A stretch of DNA of 64,000 bases from a virus. The stretch covers positions 160,001-224,000 of IMG/VR virus record IMGVR_UViG_3300045988_173816; one strand, given 5' to 3'. Below are positions 26,981 through 36,006 of the stretch, in pieces. The notes beneath the pieces were generated by a model, which was not told the DNA's origin, ran no database searches, and saw nothing but the letters and a program-made list of their open reading frames with translations. Both the position numbers and the translations under genes were made by a program. Numbering within the stretch: position 1 is the first letter of the stretch; each line of letters begins with the position of its first letter.

Positions 26981-28243
26981 TTGGTATTTAAAATTGAACA
27001 AGAGCAGCTATTGTGGAAAGTTGGGGAGTTTCTAGCAGAGAGTGGAAAACCTTTAGGATTTTTAAACTCAGCAGGTTTTAATCCTAGTTTCTCGGTATCG
27101 GATACTCAATTGGGGATTTTGTTGGAGAAGATGCGAGCACAAGCTCTTCATGATTTACCGTTTGAGATTGGTTCTTCTAAAAAGTTTGAGGACTTGCGTT
27201 TTGCTTTATGGTTGCTTGCAAACACTTATTGTTATGTGGTCACTTCCCCACATAAGTCAAAAGAATTGCAAGGGTTTAACTTAGGTAAACAAGATGTTCG
27301 ATTTGGTTCTTTGGCTTTACCTTTGTTAGAGAGTGCAGTTGAAGTAACTGATAGACAAAAGACAAGTTTAAGTAAGATTTACAAGGAGTTCGGAGATACA
27401 CTTAATCAAGGGTTACTCGCTTTCCCTACAATTAGTATGTCTAAAGGTAAACTATCTTTCCCTAGAAAGAAAGTCTCTTTCGTAGAGGGTGAGTATATGG
27501 TACTACCGGTATCCGTAGTGAACGGTTATGTTTCTAAGCTCAAGGAAAAGTCAAAACAAGGTATTGTCACTATTGATGCACACCGTGTAGGAGGTTCTTT
27601 ACGAGAGTTTAATATGACTGCTGATACTTCAATAGCAGTTCAACTTTATACAGGGTCATTGATTTTGGAAGATTTTGAGACTGTAGGTTATTCTTTGTCT
27701 GCTACTTCGGTTTATCAAGAGAGTAAAGTAAAGATTATGAAAGGTCTTACACGCTTGTTACTAACATTTTATGACTTAGGAATTTCTGAGGATGACTATC
27801 CTCAAAGGCAACTCTCTTTGAGTCGTATTCGAAATATAACTTATTTGAATAAAGAGCAACAAGAGAAGAAAATTCGTCAGTTGAAACGCTATGCTCTCAT
27901 GTCCGAGGACGCTATGGTTCGTCAGATTAACCACTTAGCTAAAGATTGGACATTTGAAAGACAAACAGAGTTCTTGGTTGAGAGTTTAGCTCGATTAAAG
28001 CGTGTGTCTGATGTAGATACAAGTGTAAGCAAGTTTGAGATTAAGTCTCTAATTGAGTTTCAAATGCGCTTTAGTGAGTGTATCGAGTATTACTCTACTG
28101 CATACTTAAGAGTTATATATGATATGATTCAAGAAGAACCAGAGCGTTATAACTTTATCACAGGTCGTAGTACAGATTTATCTAACTTAGGTGGTGTGGT
28201 ATCCACAGAGTCGGTAGTGATTCCAGATACGCTTGAATTTTAA
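26981..28243 (+). CDS. hypothetical protein
   Basis: 420 aa with TTG start 9 nt after TAGGTGGT. Confidence 0.8.
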   Translation: MVFKIEQEQLLWKVGEFLAESGKPLGFLNSAGFNPSFSVSDTQLGILLEKMRAQALHDLPFEIGSSKKFEDLRFALWLLANTYCYVVTSPHKSKELQGFNLGKQDVRFGSLALPLLESAVEVTDRQKTSLSKIYKEFGDTLNQGLLAFPTISMSKGKLSFPRKKVSFVEGEYMVLPVSVVNGYVSKLKEKSKQGIVTIDAHRVGGSLREFNMTADTSIAVQLYTGSLILEDFETVGYSLSATSVYQESKVKIMKGLTRLLLTFYDLGISEDDYPQRQLSLSRIRNITYLNKEQQEKKIRQLKRYALMSEDAMVRQINHLAKDWTFERQTEFLVESLARLKRVSDVDTSVSKFEIKSLIEFQMRFSECIEYYSTAYLRVIYDMIQEEPERYNFITGRSTDLSNLGGVVSTESVVIPDTLEF

Positions 28244-28262
28244 CAGTTGAGGTATAAATTTC

Positions 28263-29246
28263 ATGGATAAAATTAAAGAATTGTGGAGTAAAAAGGGTAT
28301 TCGATACACTATTTTAGGTGTTCTTGCTCTTGTGTTATTACTGTTTGGAGTACGTGCATGTAACCAAGCTAAGAAGTCGAATACTGACACCTCAGAAAGT
28401 ACAGAGAAGGTAAGTCGTAGAGATAAGTCTGTTGCGTTAACTCCATTTGAGGAAGAACAAAAACGTTTGATTCGTAAATATGGTGAAGCTGGTGAAGGGT
28501 ATTATTGGTCAGAAGATGGTACTCGTATGGCTTTAGGGGATCAAAACCTTTCTGAGACTGAGGTTATTCGTACATTTTTACGTTCTCTTTCTACGTTAGA
28601 TTTTGCAACTGCTCAAAAATATGCGTATAAAGACCAAGTATTGAAGACTTTGAATGCTTATTATAATTCTGAGTCTGAGTTTACTTACTCTGAATCGTTT
28701 AAGAAAGCTATGTACCAACAATTTTTATTGAGTATGGAGATTGAGGGTATCGAAAGTCAAGCAACTTTTGCGGACGATAAGAGTAGTGTAACTGTTAAGA
28801 TTAAAGCTTTGGATTTGTCGAATAAAGACTTTTGGAAAGAAGATAAGGACGCTTTGATGAAAGGTATTTATTCTTATCGTAAAACAGAAGCGGACTCAAC
28901 TAAAGCTCGAAACTTCTTATATGAGTATGTAACAAATTACTGGAAGTCTGAGGTTGCACAGAAGAAAGCTATTACGATTAACTTGACCTTAACAAAAACT
29001 GGTGCAGGTGGTTGGCTTATTTCAAATGATATGGACTTAGATAACTACGCTAAGTATAGTGAGGGTGAGACTGTTATTAACAATATTCTAAAAGACTATG
29101 ATTTAGAGATTGCTAAACGCCCTAAAGCGTTTGAAGATTCTTCGTTTGACCCAAGTAGTGTGTTGAATAAAGATAGAAAGTTGAAGTCAACTACAACACC
29201 TTCAAGTTCAACTACAACTTCAAGTTCAACTGAAAGTGGTTCATAA
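28263..29246 (+). CDS. membrane-anchored or lipoprotein-like extracytoplasmic protein
   Basis: N-terminal TM ending ..LLFGVRAC (weak lipobox). Ser/Thr-rich C-terminal tail (TTTPSSSTTTSSSTESGS). Confidence 0.8.
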   Translation: MDKIKELWSKKGIRYTILGVLALVLLLFGVRACNQAKKSNTDTSESTEKVSRRDKSVALTPFEEEQKRLIRKYGEAGEGYYWSEDGTRMALGDQNLSETEVIRTFLRSLSTLDFATAQKYAYKDQVLKTLNAYYNSESEFTYSESFKKAMYQQFLLSMEIEGIESQATFADDKSSVTVKIKALDLSNKDFWKEDKDALMKGIYSYRKTEADSTKARNFLYEYVTNYWKSEVAQKKAITINLTLTKTGAGGWLISNDMDLDNYAKYSEGETVINNILKDYDLEIAKRPKAFEDSSFDPSSVLNKDRKLKSTTTPSSSTTTSSSTESGS

Positions 29247-29247
29247 G

Positions 29248-29841
29248 ATGAGTGTAGAAAAAGTACAAGCTTATGTAGACCGAAGTGTGAAGTCTAAGTA
29301 CCGCAAAGGGTATTTAGACTTACTTGGTTTAGTTCAAGATAACGATACAGTACAAGGGTTACATGCCTTAGGTTCTATTGACCGTGTGACTCAGTTAGTT
29401 GGTATTGGTACAAATAACAGAGCAGATAATTTTCCATTTGACACTAAGTATTTAAGTGTTGTCGAGAAGTTGGAACAACGTGCTCAACAAGACTTTAATA
29501 GAGATTATATGCATCGAATTGAAGAATTGGATAAGTTGCGTATTTCCGATGCGGTAACCCAAATTTCTCAGAGTTTGCAAGATTCCTCTATTGGTTCGAT
29601 TCAAGATTTAAAGGTTGAACTACAAAAGTCGGAAGATAGTGAGTTAAGAGAGTTATCTAAGGGTAGCTTTGAAATACCTAGTTTCGAAGAAGATGATTAT
29701 GATAGTGAAGAGGGATTTGCAAGTTCGAATGGACTAGCTGAAACTGATTTACTAAGTAAAGAAGATGATGACTTTAAAGTTTCAGATACTGAAACGGGTG
29801 AAAGTTTTTCCTTTTTGTCCTTGTTTCCAGATTTAGAATAG
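29248..29841 (+). CDS. hypothetical acidic protein
   Basis: ATG 29248 is preferred to the track start at 29236. D/E-rich C-terminus. Confidence 0.75.
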   Translation: MSVEKVQAYVDRSVKSKYRKGYLDLLGLVQDNDTVQGLHALGSIDRVTQLVGIGTNNRADNFPFDTKYLSVVEKLEQRAQQDFNRDYMHRIEELDKLRISDAVTQISQSLQDSSIGSIQDLKVELQKSEDSELRELSKGSFEIPSFEEDDYDSEEGFASSNGLAETDLLSKEDDDFKVSDTETGESFSFLSLFPDLE

Positions 29842-29857
29842 TTTAGGTGGTTAGCAA

Positions 29858-30805
29858 ATGATGTTTTATGAGCAGAACGACTTTAAAGTTGTATTAAGTC
29901 CAGATGCCTTGGATGGTTGTTCTGATTTGAGAAGTGCATGTAGAAGGGGGTTTGAGGTTTACTTTCAACGGCTGAATGAGTTACAAACTATTGAAAAGTA
30001 TTCCTTGAAACAACTACGTTTTGTAAAGTCAAGACAGAGAGAAAGTCAGTTTGGTATCTCTTTTAAAGGAGCTTTTCACTTTGCTCTTGCAGCAGATATT
30101 GAACAAGGTACTATGACAGTTAGTCCTTTCCTTTTATCAGATACTGTGTTAGAAGAGATTAAACGAGGTAATTATCTTTCTTTAGTACAATTATTTTTAA
30201 ATGCTTTTGCAGATAAGGTTTTGGCTTACCATAACTTAGAAGTATTAAATATAATTTTGGAGAAATATAAACCTGTAGGTAGTCCTTATACTGTTAGGTT
30301 TGTATTAAATAGTAAAGCGAAAGATAGGTTCTTGTCTCGTTTTGGTGAGAACTTAGTTGAGTGGTGTGTTTTAGATGAATACCCTCAAACGCTCCAGAAT
30401 GTCCTCCCTCGCGATTTAGATTCTCTAAAGGAATTTATACGCAAAAACTTTTACAAAGGATTTGACGCTCTCTCAGAAGCTCTCAGAGGGCAATCTACAC
30501 TTTGGTCTGAATATTTAGCAGGGAGACCTCCAACGGGTGTGACTTATAATCCTATGAGATTGATAAGTGCGTTGGCTTTAGAATTAGAGGAAACGGTTGA
30601 TAAACGTTGTCGTTTCTTATATTCAGAAAGTGAAAGTGGTGAGATTACACTTTACCAACGTGAAGGTGATGTTTATGTTGAGGTTCTTCGTTTTGATAAG
30701 GAAACAGGAGAACTCAGTATTCTTGATAAGAGTTACACTTTAGGTTTTGACTCTAGTGAGCAGAAGATGAAAAGAATGGAGGTGGTTGTAGATGAGTCAG
30801 CGTAA
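29858..30805 (+). CDS. hypothetical protein
   Basis: 315 aa with TAGGTGGT RBS. Confidence 0.8.
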   Translation: MMFYEQNDFKVVLSPDALDGCSDLRSACRRGFEVYFQRLNELQTIEKYSLKQLRFVKSRQRESQFGISFKGAFHFALAADIEQGTMTVSPFLLSDTVLEEIKRGNYLSLVQLFLNAFADKVLAYHNLEVLNIILEKYKPVGSPYTVRFVLNSKAKDRFLSRFGENLVEWCVLDEYPQTLQNVLPRDLDSLKEFIRKNFYKGFDALSEALRGQSTLWSEYLAGRPPTGVTYNPMRLISALALELEETVDKRCRFLYSESESGEITLYQREGDVYVEVLRFDKETGELSILDKSYTLGFDSSEQKMKRMEVVVDESA

Positions 30806-31802
30806 TTTTGGACAACATCGAGGTAATGATGAGGGTTGGAACAAAGTTCCTGATTGGGGTTCGCCACAACAACCTCAACATCCTCATTCGCCACAAAGAG
30901 TTAACTTCGGTTCTTCTGATTTTGGTTCTGAGTCAACAAGTTCATTGGAGGAAGAACAAGGGTTTAATCCTCCTGGTGGATTGGAGTCTCAAGCTCAACG
31001 AGGGGGTGGTTTTGGCTATGAGCAACCTCAACAACCTTACCCACATGAGTTTCAACAACAAGGCTTTAACCAAGGACAAAATGAGGGTTGGGGTTCACAA
31101 GGTTCTCAAGGGTTTGAACCTAACGGGTATAATCAAAACCCTCAAGGATATCCACAAAACCAGTTCGACTCCAACCACTATGATCAATATGGTCAGATGG
31201 ATAATAGCGCAAGCTCGCACCCAGTTAAGAAGAAATGGTCTCCTTGGTCTGTTATTTTAACGGTTGTTATCGTTGGAGTTTTGATTTTTGGAGTTATGGT
31301 TTTTATTGCAAGTAGAGCAAAACAAAATCCTTCAAGTGAGTTGAAGAGTAAAGTTACTCAAGTTGAGAAAGGTACTACGGATAAGAAATCTACGGTATCC
31401 GACAGCGACCGTATTTTCCCGGAAGGTTCTCAGAAGAAAGAGGAAAAGAAAGAAGAGAAAACTTCTAGTTCAACTTCTGTAGAAGAGAAACCAAACGAGA
31501 AAGTAGAGAACTCAGCTAGCAGTGACTTTAAATCAGCTAATATAATCGTACAAAACCTTGATGGTGCGAAGATTTCCTCTGAGGTTTTAGTTGCAAAAGG
31601 TGTAGTTAAGACTAAAAATTTAGTTGCTGATAATGGTTTAACTGCTTACTATATGCTTGATTTATCTGTAGGTTCAACTTCTTTGAAGGTTTTGGTAAAT
31701 TATGACTTAGCAAGTCAATTAAAAATGGGAGACACAGTAACAGTTCGCTACCATAAATTGATTGATGTAGATAAGGTCATTATTGAGTCTGTCACGAAAT
31801 AA
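30792..31802 (+). CDS. bitopic membrane protein with Q/N/G/P-rich N-terminal low-complexity region
   Basis: About 140 aa of QQPQHPHSPQ..GFNQGQNEGWGSQGSQGF..NPQGYPQNQ, then TM (WSVILTVVIVGVLIFGVMVFIA), then a 170-aa external domain. Confidence 0.85.
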   Translation: MSQRNFGQHRGNDEGWNKVPDWGSPQQPQHPHSPQRVNFGSSDFGSESTSSLEEEQGFNPPGGLESQAQRGGGFGYEQPQQPYPHEFQQQGFNQGQNEGWGSQGSQGFEPNGYNQNPQGYPQNQFDSNHYDQYGQMDNSASSHPVKKKWSPWSVILTVVIVGVLIFGVMVFIASRAKQNPSSELKSKVTQVEKGTTDKKSTVSDSDRIFPEGSQKKEEKKEEKTSSSTSVEEKPNEKVENSASSDFKSANIIVQNLDGAKISSEVLVAKGVVKTKNLVADNGLTAYYMLDLSVGSTSLKVLVNYDLASQLKMGDTVTVRYHKLIDVDKVIIESVTK

Positions 31803-31807
31803 GAAAA

Positions 31808-31843
31808 AAGTCAGGTGGGTATCTATTTCCTCTTGACTTTTTA
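31808..31843 (+). terminator. intrinsic terminator with GGTATC in the loop
   Basis: AAGTCAGG / CTTGACTT stem (one G-T pair), 16-nt loop, TTTTT. Confidence 0.7.
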
Positions 31844-31862
31844 ATTCAAGGTATGCTATAAT
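31833..31862 (+). promoter_or_regulatory. sigma-A-type promoter with its -35 box inside the terminator arm
   Basis: TTGACT, 18 nt, TGcTATAAT. Confidence 0.6.
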
Positions 31863-31902
31863 TACTTCATAATTTCCAAATAGAAGTGAGGTCTTTAAAC
31901 TT

Positions 31903-33129
31903 ATGGTAAGAATGTTAAATCTAGGGAATAGTCCTAAAATGCCTGAGAAAGAAAAGAGCACACAAACTTTATCTGATGCACTAAGTCAGGAGTCAAGTAA
32001 ACCTATTGCTCAATCTCCAAATGAACCAGTTCATACAGTTCCAAATATTGAGGTTCAACCTCAAGGGGAGCAAGAGGGTATAGTTGAACCACTTAGCAGA
32101 GTAGTGGATGAAAAAGTAGGGAAACCAGTAACTGTGACTCCTATTGAGAAACCTAAGTCAGACGGAAAACCAACTGTTAAACCTACTGCAACAGATGGTG
32201 ATGATAACGCCCCAAGAGCAGGTGGTATTTCTCTAGTAGGTATTATTCAGTCGAATATAAATACTGTTCGAGTATTTAAACGTGGTATTTATTATGATGC
32301 GACAAGTATTGCAGGTTATATTTTACGTAATGATGGTGTTGAAGAACTCGAAGTATTTGATGATGTTTTAGTTCCTCAAACTAAACCGAATATAGTTTAT
32401 CAACAGAATACTAGTCTTTTATCTACAGCTAAAGATTTAAAGTCTGTACCTAAAGTTCCGTTTGCGATTGGGGAAACTCGCTACTTTACAAAACCGGCTT
32501 TACTTGCTTTGAATGAGTCTTGTAAAGAGATTGGCTCTCGTATCGGTATCGGTGAAGCTCTTCCTGTTGTAGTAAGTCAGTTGATGGACTTGCACCCAGA
32601 ATTAACTGAGGAGGTGGCGACAGATATTGCAAAAGACTTCAAATTTGCAATTCAAGTTCGTGAAGCAAGAGGTGAGGGTATTCTTGTCCCAGAAAACCCA
32701 GAAGGTCTTTTTAGTCGTTTGTCCGTAGCTCTTGGTCTTGCTCTTTCACCAGAGACTTTGAAAGAAGAGGTTGCTCGACAATTATTGAAGAATAAATTAG
32801 TAACAGATAAAACTCCAGAAGAGTTATTACTAATGTTGAAAGACCGTCTGAACTTGGCTTTACCTCAAGGTTTGTTACTACCTGTGGATTTGTTTGAAGA
32901 GACATTTGAAGTTAAAGGTGCTCATAAAGCGGTTAAAGGTTCCAAAGTAAAACCTGAGTTTGAGCGTGTATTTGGTGTTTATAATGAGTACAACCAACCG
33001 AAGTCAAAACGCACACCAAGAGCGCAAACTCCTAAATCTGACAAAGAAACTAAAGGTTCAACCAAACTAGCGGTATCTTCACAAGTCAATTTGGCGAATT
33101 ACTTTGCACATTATACACAAGGGAAATAA
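31903..33129 (+). CDS. hypothetical protein
   Basis: 408 aa with GTGAGGT RBS. Lys/Pro-rich N- and C-terminal tails. No domain recognised. Confidence 0.8.
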   Translation: MVRMLNLGNSPKMPEKEKSTQTLSDALSQESSKPIAQSPNEPVHTVPNIEVQPQGEQEGIVEPLSRVVDEKVGKPVTVTPIEKPKSDGKPTVKPTATDGDDNAPRAGGISLVGIIQSNINTVRVFKRGIYYDATSIAGYILRNDGVEELEVFDDVLVPQTKPNIVYQQNTSLLSTAKDLKSVPKVPFAIGETRYFTKPALLALNESCKEIGSRIGIGEALPVVVSQLMDLHPELTEEVATDIAKDFKFAIQVREARGEGILVPENPEGLFSRLSVALGLALSPETLKEEVARQLLKNKLVTDKTPEELLLMLKDRLNLALPQGLLLPVDLFEETFEVKGAHKAVKGSKVKPEFERVFGVYNEYNQPKSKRTPRAQTPKSDKETKGSTKLAVSSQVNLANYFAHYTQGK

Positions 33130-33142
33130 TTTAAACTTAAGG

Positions 33143-33170
33143 AACGCACCAAAGAGGTGCGTTTTTGTCT
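33143..33170 (+). terminator. intrinsic terminator
   Basis: AACGCACC-AAAGA-GGTGCGTT followed by TTTTGT. Confidence 0.85.
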
Positions 33171-33202
33171 TGTTTAATTTTTAGCTTAAACCCTTATCAT
33201 TA

Positions 33203-33231
33203 TTGACTTTCTTATACATTTATGATATAAT
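33203..33231 (+). promoter_or_regulatory. sigma-A-type promoter (extended -10)
   Basis: TTGACT, 17 nt, TGaTATAAT. Confidence 0.65.
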
Positions 33232-33267
33232 AATTTAAAGTAAATAACAGAAAGTGAGGACTATTTT

Positions 33268-34389
33268 ATGGCAAAGAAACCTAAGAAGAAAAAAGCTGGA
33301 AATAAAAACTCCAAAATTGGTATTGTGTATACTCCATTTTCTATGATAAATCGAGTGAATGATTTATCTAAGTTAGAGGGGAAAGCAGAGCGTACACCGT
33401 TTGAGATGCAAACTCATGGTTTGATTACTGCTTTTGAATTTTTACATTTGTGGAAAGATGGCAAAATTGATGCTTCGTCATCTAGTCGTATTGGTTTGCA
33501 ACCGTATTTAGACCATTATGTAGGGGTGGCAGGGAGAATTACAGATGTTCGGAAGAGTAAAGAAGGGGTATCTCTCTTAATTTTAGACCCTTCATTAGTT
33601 GGTACGTTTGGAGTTCGAACCAAAGAAGAGGTGAAGACTTTAATTCAGGATTCTAAAGGGCAAACAAGTAAGAAGTTTCAAGAGTTTTCAACCCAATCTA
33701 TTTTTTCAAGTCATATTTGGTTATTTTTACCAGAAGTAGATGCTTCTTTATGTGATGACTTAGCTTTATATTTAGGTTCAGTGATTACATTTTACGCTAA
33801 GGTTGAGTTATATAAAGGTCGGGTTTCGACTTCGCACTTGAAGAAAGCTCCAAAATATGGTCTAGGTTCGATTATTTTGAATACTGGGTATATGCCTTAT
33901 ATGGTTCAGAAAATGAAAGAGGACAACTTTAAACCAGCTCGTAGTGGTCGTAGGATGCAGATGATGTTTGGTAATTTTAGAGTTGGTTCTACGAAAGATT
34001 TTGATTTACGTTATGCAGTTGGTTTGATTGAAGGTTCTAAGGTAGAACCTTATGTTGATTGGTATATGAAACTTCGAAAATTAAGCCAAAAAGGTCATTG
34101 GAATTGGATTTATAATTACATGATGGATAATGATCCAGAAGTAACAAAGGGTTTGACAAAATATACCAATTTTAAACCTTTAATGTTAAAGAATAAGGCT
34201 TCTTTACCAACTGGTATAGAAGCTCTTAAACGTAGGAAATATTTACGAGATGCTGCAATAGCAGAGGGTTCTATAGATATTTATAGCAAACCAACTGAGG
34301 ACTTTGATATGTTTTGTAATTTCTCAGATTGTGTGGAATATTTAGAAAAGCTAGGCATTAAAGACATTCCTACGGATGATTATATTTAA
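33268..34389 (+). CDS. hypothetical basic protein (possible OB-fold, tentative)
   Basis: 373 aa with Lys-rich N-terminus MAKKPKKKKAGNKNSK. The stretch VAGRITDVRKSKEGVSLLILDP looks OB-like by weak pattern only. Confidence 0.8.
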   Translation: MAKKPKKKKAGNKNSKIGIVYTPFSMINRVNDLSKLEGKAERTPFEMQTHGLITAFEFLHLWKDGKIDASSSSRIGLQPYLDHYVGVAGRITDVRKSKEGVSLLILDPSLVGTFGVRTKEEVKTLIQDSKGQTSKKFQEFSTQSIFSSHIWLFLPEVDASLCDDLALYLGSVITFYAKVELYKGRVSTSHLKKAPKYGLGSIILNTGYMPYMVQKMKEDNFKPARSGRRMQMMFGNFRVGSTKDFDLRYAVGLIEGSKVEPYVDWYMKLRKLSQKGHWNWIYNYMMDNDPEVTKGLTKYTNFKPLMLKNKASLPTGIEALKRRKYLRDAAIAEGSIDIYSKPTEDFDMFCNFSDCVEYLEKLGIKDIPTDDYI

Positions 34390-34400
34390 TTAAATTTGAG

Positions 34401-34429
34401 TGAGATACTTGACAAAGTATCTCATTTTT
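34401..34429 (+). terminator. intrinsic terminator
   Basis: TGAGATACT-TGACAA-AGTATCTCA followed by TTTTT. Confidence 0.8.
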
Positions 34430-34437
34430 GGTATAAT
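34409..34437 (+). promoter_or_regulatory. sigma-A-type promoter with its -35 box in the terminator loop
   Basis: TTGACA, 17 nt, TGgTATAAT. Confidence 0.65.
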
Positions 34438-34473
34438 TAAAACAGTTAATCGGAAATAATTGGAGGACTAAAA

Positions 34474-35184
34474 ATGCACAATATCGTTTATATGACTGAG
34501 AATCAAGAACGTAGCACTCAGTTAGAAGTAGAGAGTAACTTAGCGAGTTTGTTTAGAGAACGTGTTGAAACGAAAGGAAAACAAGTTCGTTCATTCTGTC
34601 GTAATATTGCCCTTTGGGGAACCCTTGCGGTATCTACATGGTTTTTAGCAGATATGGGGTTTAAAGTTTATCAACAGCAATTACTAGAGTCTACTTATAT
34701 GGTGAGATTTTTGGTTTCTGCGTTGAATTTACTAGTTTTCTTAGGTGGGTTTGCTATTTTTTATACTGTTCTTTATCATGTAAGTCGCACAGTTGTAGGG
34801 TATAGTTTGTTTAGCAAAGGGGAGTATTATGAGCGTAAGGACTCGACTTACTTACCTTTGTTTGATAAAATTGAGCGTGGGTACTATACCGATATGTATT
34901 TCCAGTCGAATGGTTACATTTCTAAGGTTTCTGTACCAAATCATTACGCACAACGTTTTGACTTAGGTGCAAGTGTACCGGTAGATGTAGCGATTTTAAT
35001 GTACAAACAATCAGGTAGAGTTCGTTTGGTAACAAATTGCGTTGGTTCACGTGCTAACAATGAACAAGAGTTTCAAGAAACTTTGTGGAGACATAATGGC
35101 AACTTAAAAGCTCCACAATCCATGTATCAACAAGCAGTATCAGGCTCGGTATCCTCTACTCAAAAACAAATTGGATGGAAATAA
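34474..35184 (+). CDS. membrane protein (2 TM)
   Basis: 236 aa with GGAGGA RBS. Two hydrophobic segments (WGTLAVSTWFLADMGF; ALNLLVFLGGFAIFYTVLY). Confidence 0.8.
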   Translation: MHNIVYMTENQERSTQLEVESNLASLFRERVETKGKQVRSFCRNIALWGTLAVSTWFLADMGFKVYQQQLLESTYMVRFLVSALNLLVFLGGFAIFYTVLYHVSRTVVGYSLFSKGEYYERKDSTYLPLFDKIERGYYTDMYFQSNGYISKVSVPNHYAQRFDLGASVPVDVAILMYKQSGRVRLVTNCVGSRANNEQEFQETLWRHNGNLKAPQSMYQQAVSGSVSSTQKQIGWK

Positions 35185-35193
35185 AATTTTATA

Positions 35194-35222
35194 TTGCATT
35201 TGCTAAACTTTTATGATAAAAT
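35194..35222 (+). promoter_or_regulatory. sigma-A-type promoter (extended -10) driving a short non-coding transcript
   Basis: TTGCAT, 17 nt, TGaTAAAAT. Confidence 0.55.
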
Positions 35223-35228
35223 ATTAGC

Positions 35229-35302
35229 GTACTCAAATGAGTACCTAATCGTCTAAACTGCGGGAGAATAGTGGGGTTTACCTACTATTTTCTTTTCTTT
35301 TG
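35229..35302 (+). ncRNA. candidate small RNA of about 70 nt, or a leader
   Basis: Starts just after the -10 box. Hairpin GTACTC-AAAT-GAGTAC (35229-35244), then a terminator-like hairpin AATAGTGG..CC(T)ACTATT plus TTCTTTTCTTTT (35265-35302). No ORF. Confidence 0.4.
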
Positions 35303-35330
35303 TTTAGATTACTTTATTTGCTCCAAAATC

Positions 35331-35359
35331 TTGCTATTTACCTTAATTTGTGATATAAT
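35331..35359 (+). promoter_or_regulatory. sigma-A-type promoter (extended -10)
   Basis: TTGCTA, 17 nt, TGaTATAAT. Confidence 0.6.
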
Positions 35360-35387
35360 AAAGAAAATTAGAAACGAGGATTTTCAA

Positions 35388-36005
35388 ATGGATTTATTAA
35401 ATGCACGTCCTTACCCAGTAGGTAAGCAAACAACTTTGTTTTACATTGATGAACATTACAAAGTTCAACCTTTTACATTAACAAAAGAAATGGTCGAAAG
35501 TGGTTCTGTAAAACTCCCTCGCTTACCTTATGACAAAGCAGACTATGAGCTATTTATCAAAGACGGACAAGTATTCACAGACCATTTTGATGGAGTTATT
35601 GTTACTTACACAGAAAAAGAGACTGGTGAGGTTCATGAACCTTTTGCTTGTGGTTTTCTATCTTGGGGGTTGAGAGACATTTTCCCTAAACTCGGCAAGA
35701 TTTTGAGAGACAAGATTAAGCAAGAAAATAAAGAGCGGTATCCTCTCATTCGTTTTGTAGATGCGAAGAATTCTGAGGTCTTGACTGAGTTCCCTTATGA
35801 GAACTACTACAAAGAGAATTTTGCTTTAAATGAAATGGGCAAATATATTGAAAAAGGTCACTCAGATATTTTAGTTCAAGCTTACGATAACGAAACAGAC
35901 GGGTGGATTTCATTTGAATTGAGACGTTTGAATTATTGGAAAGCTCTAGATGATACAAAAGCGCAAGTACAAGAAGAAGTACAACGTTGGAAAGAAGACT
36001 TGTAA
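35388..36005 (+). CDS. hypothetical protein
   Basis: ATG 35388 follows ACGAGGA. The track start at 35271 would run through a terminator and a promoter. Confidence 0.8.
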   Translation: MDLLNARPYPVGKQTTLFYIDEHYKVQPFTLTKEMVESGSVKLPRLPYDKADYELFIKDGQVFTDHFDGVIVTYTEKETGEVHEPFACGFLSWGLRDIFPKLGKILRDKIKQENKERYPLIRFVDAKNSEVLTEFPYENYYKENFALNEMGKYIEKGHSDILVQAYDNETDGWISFELRRLNYWKALDDTKAQVQEEVQRWKEDL

Positions 36006-36006
36006 A

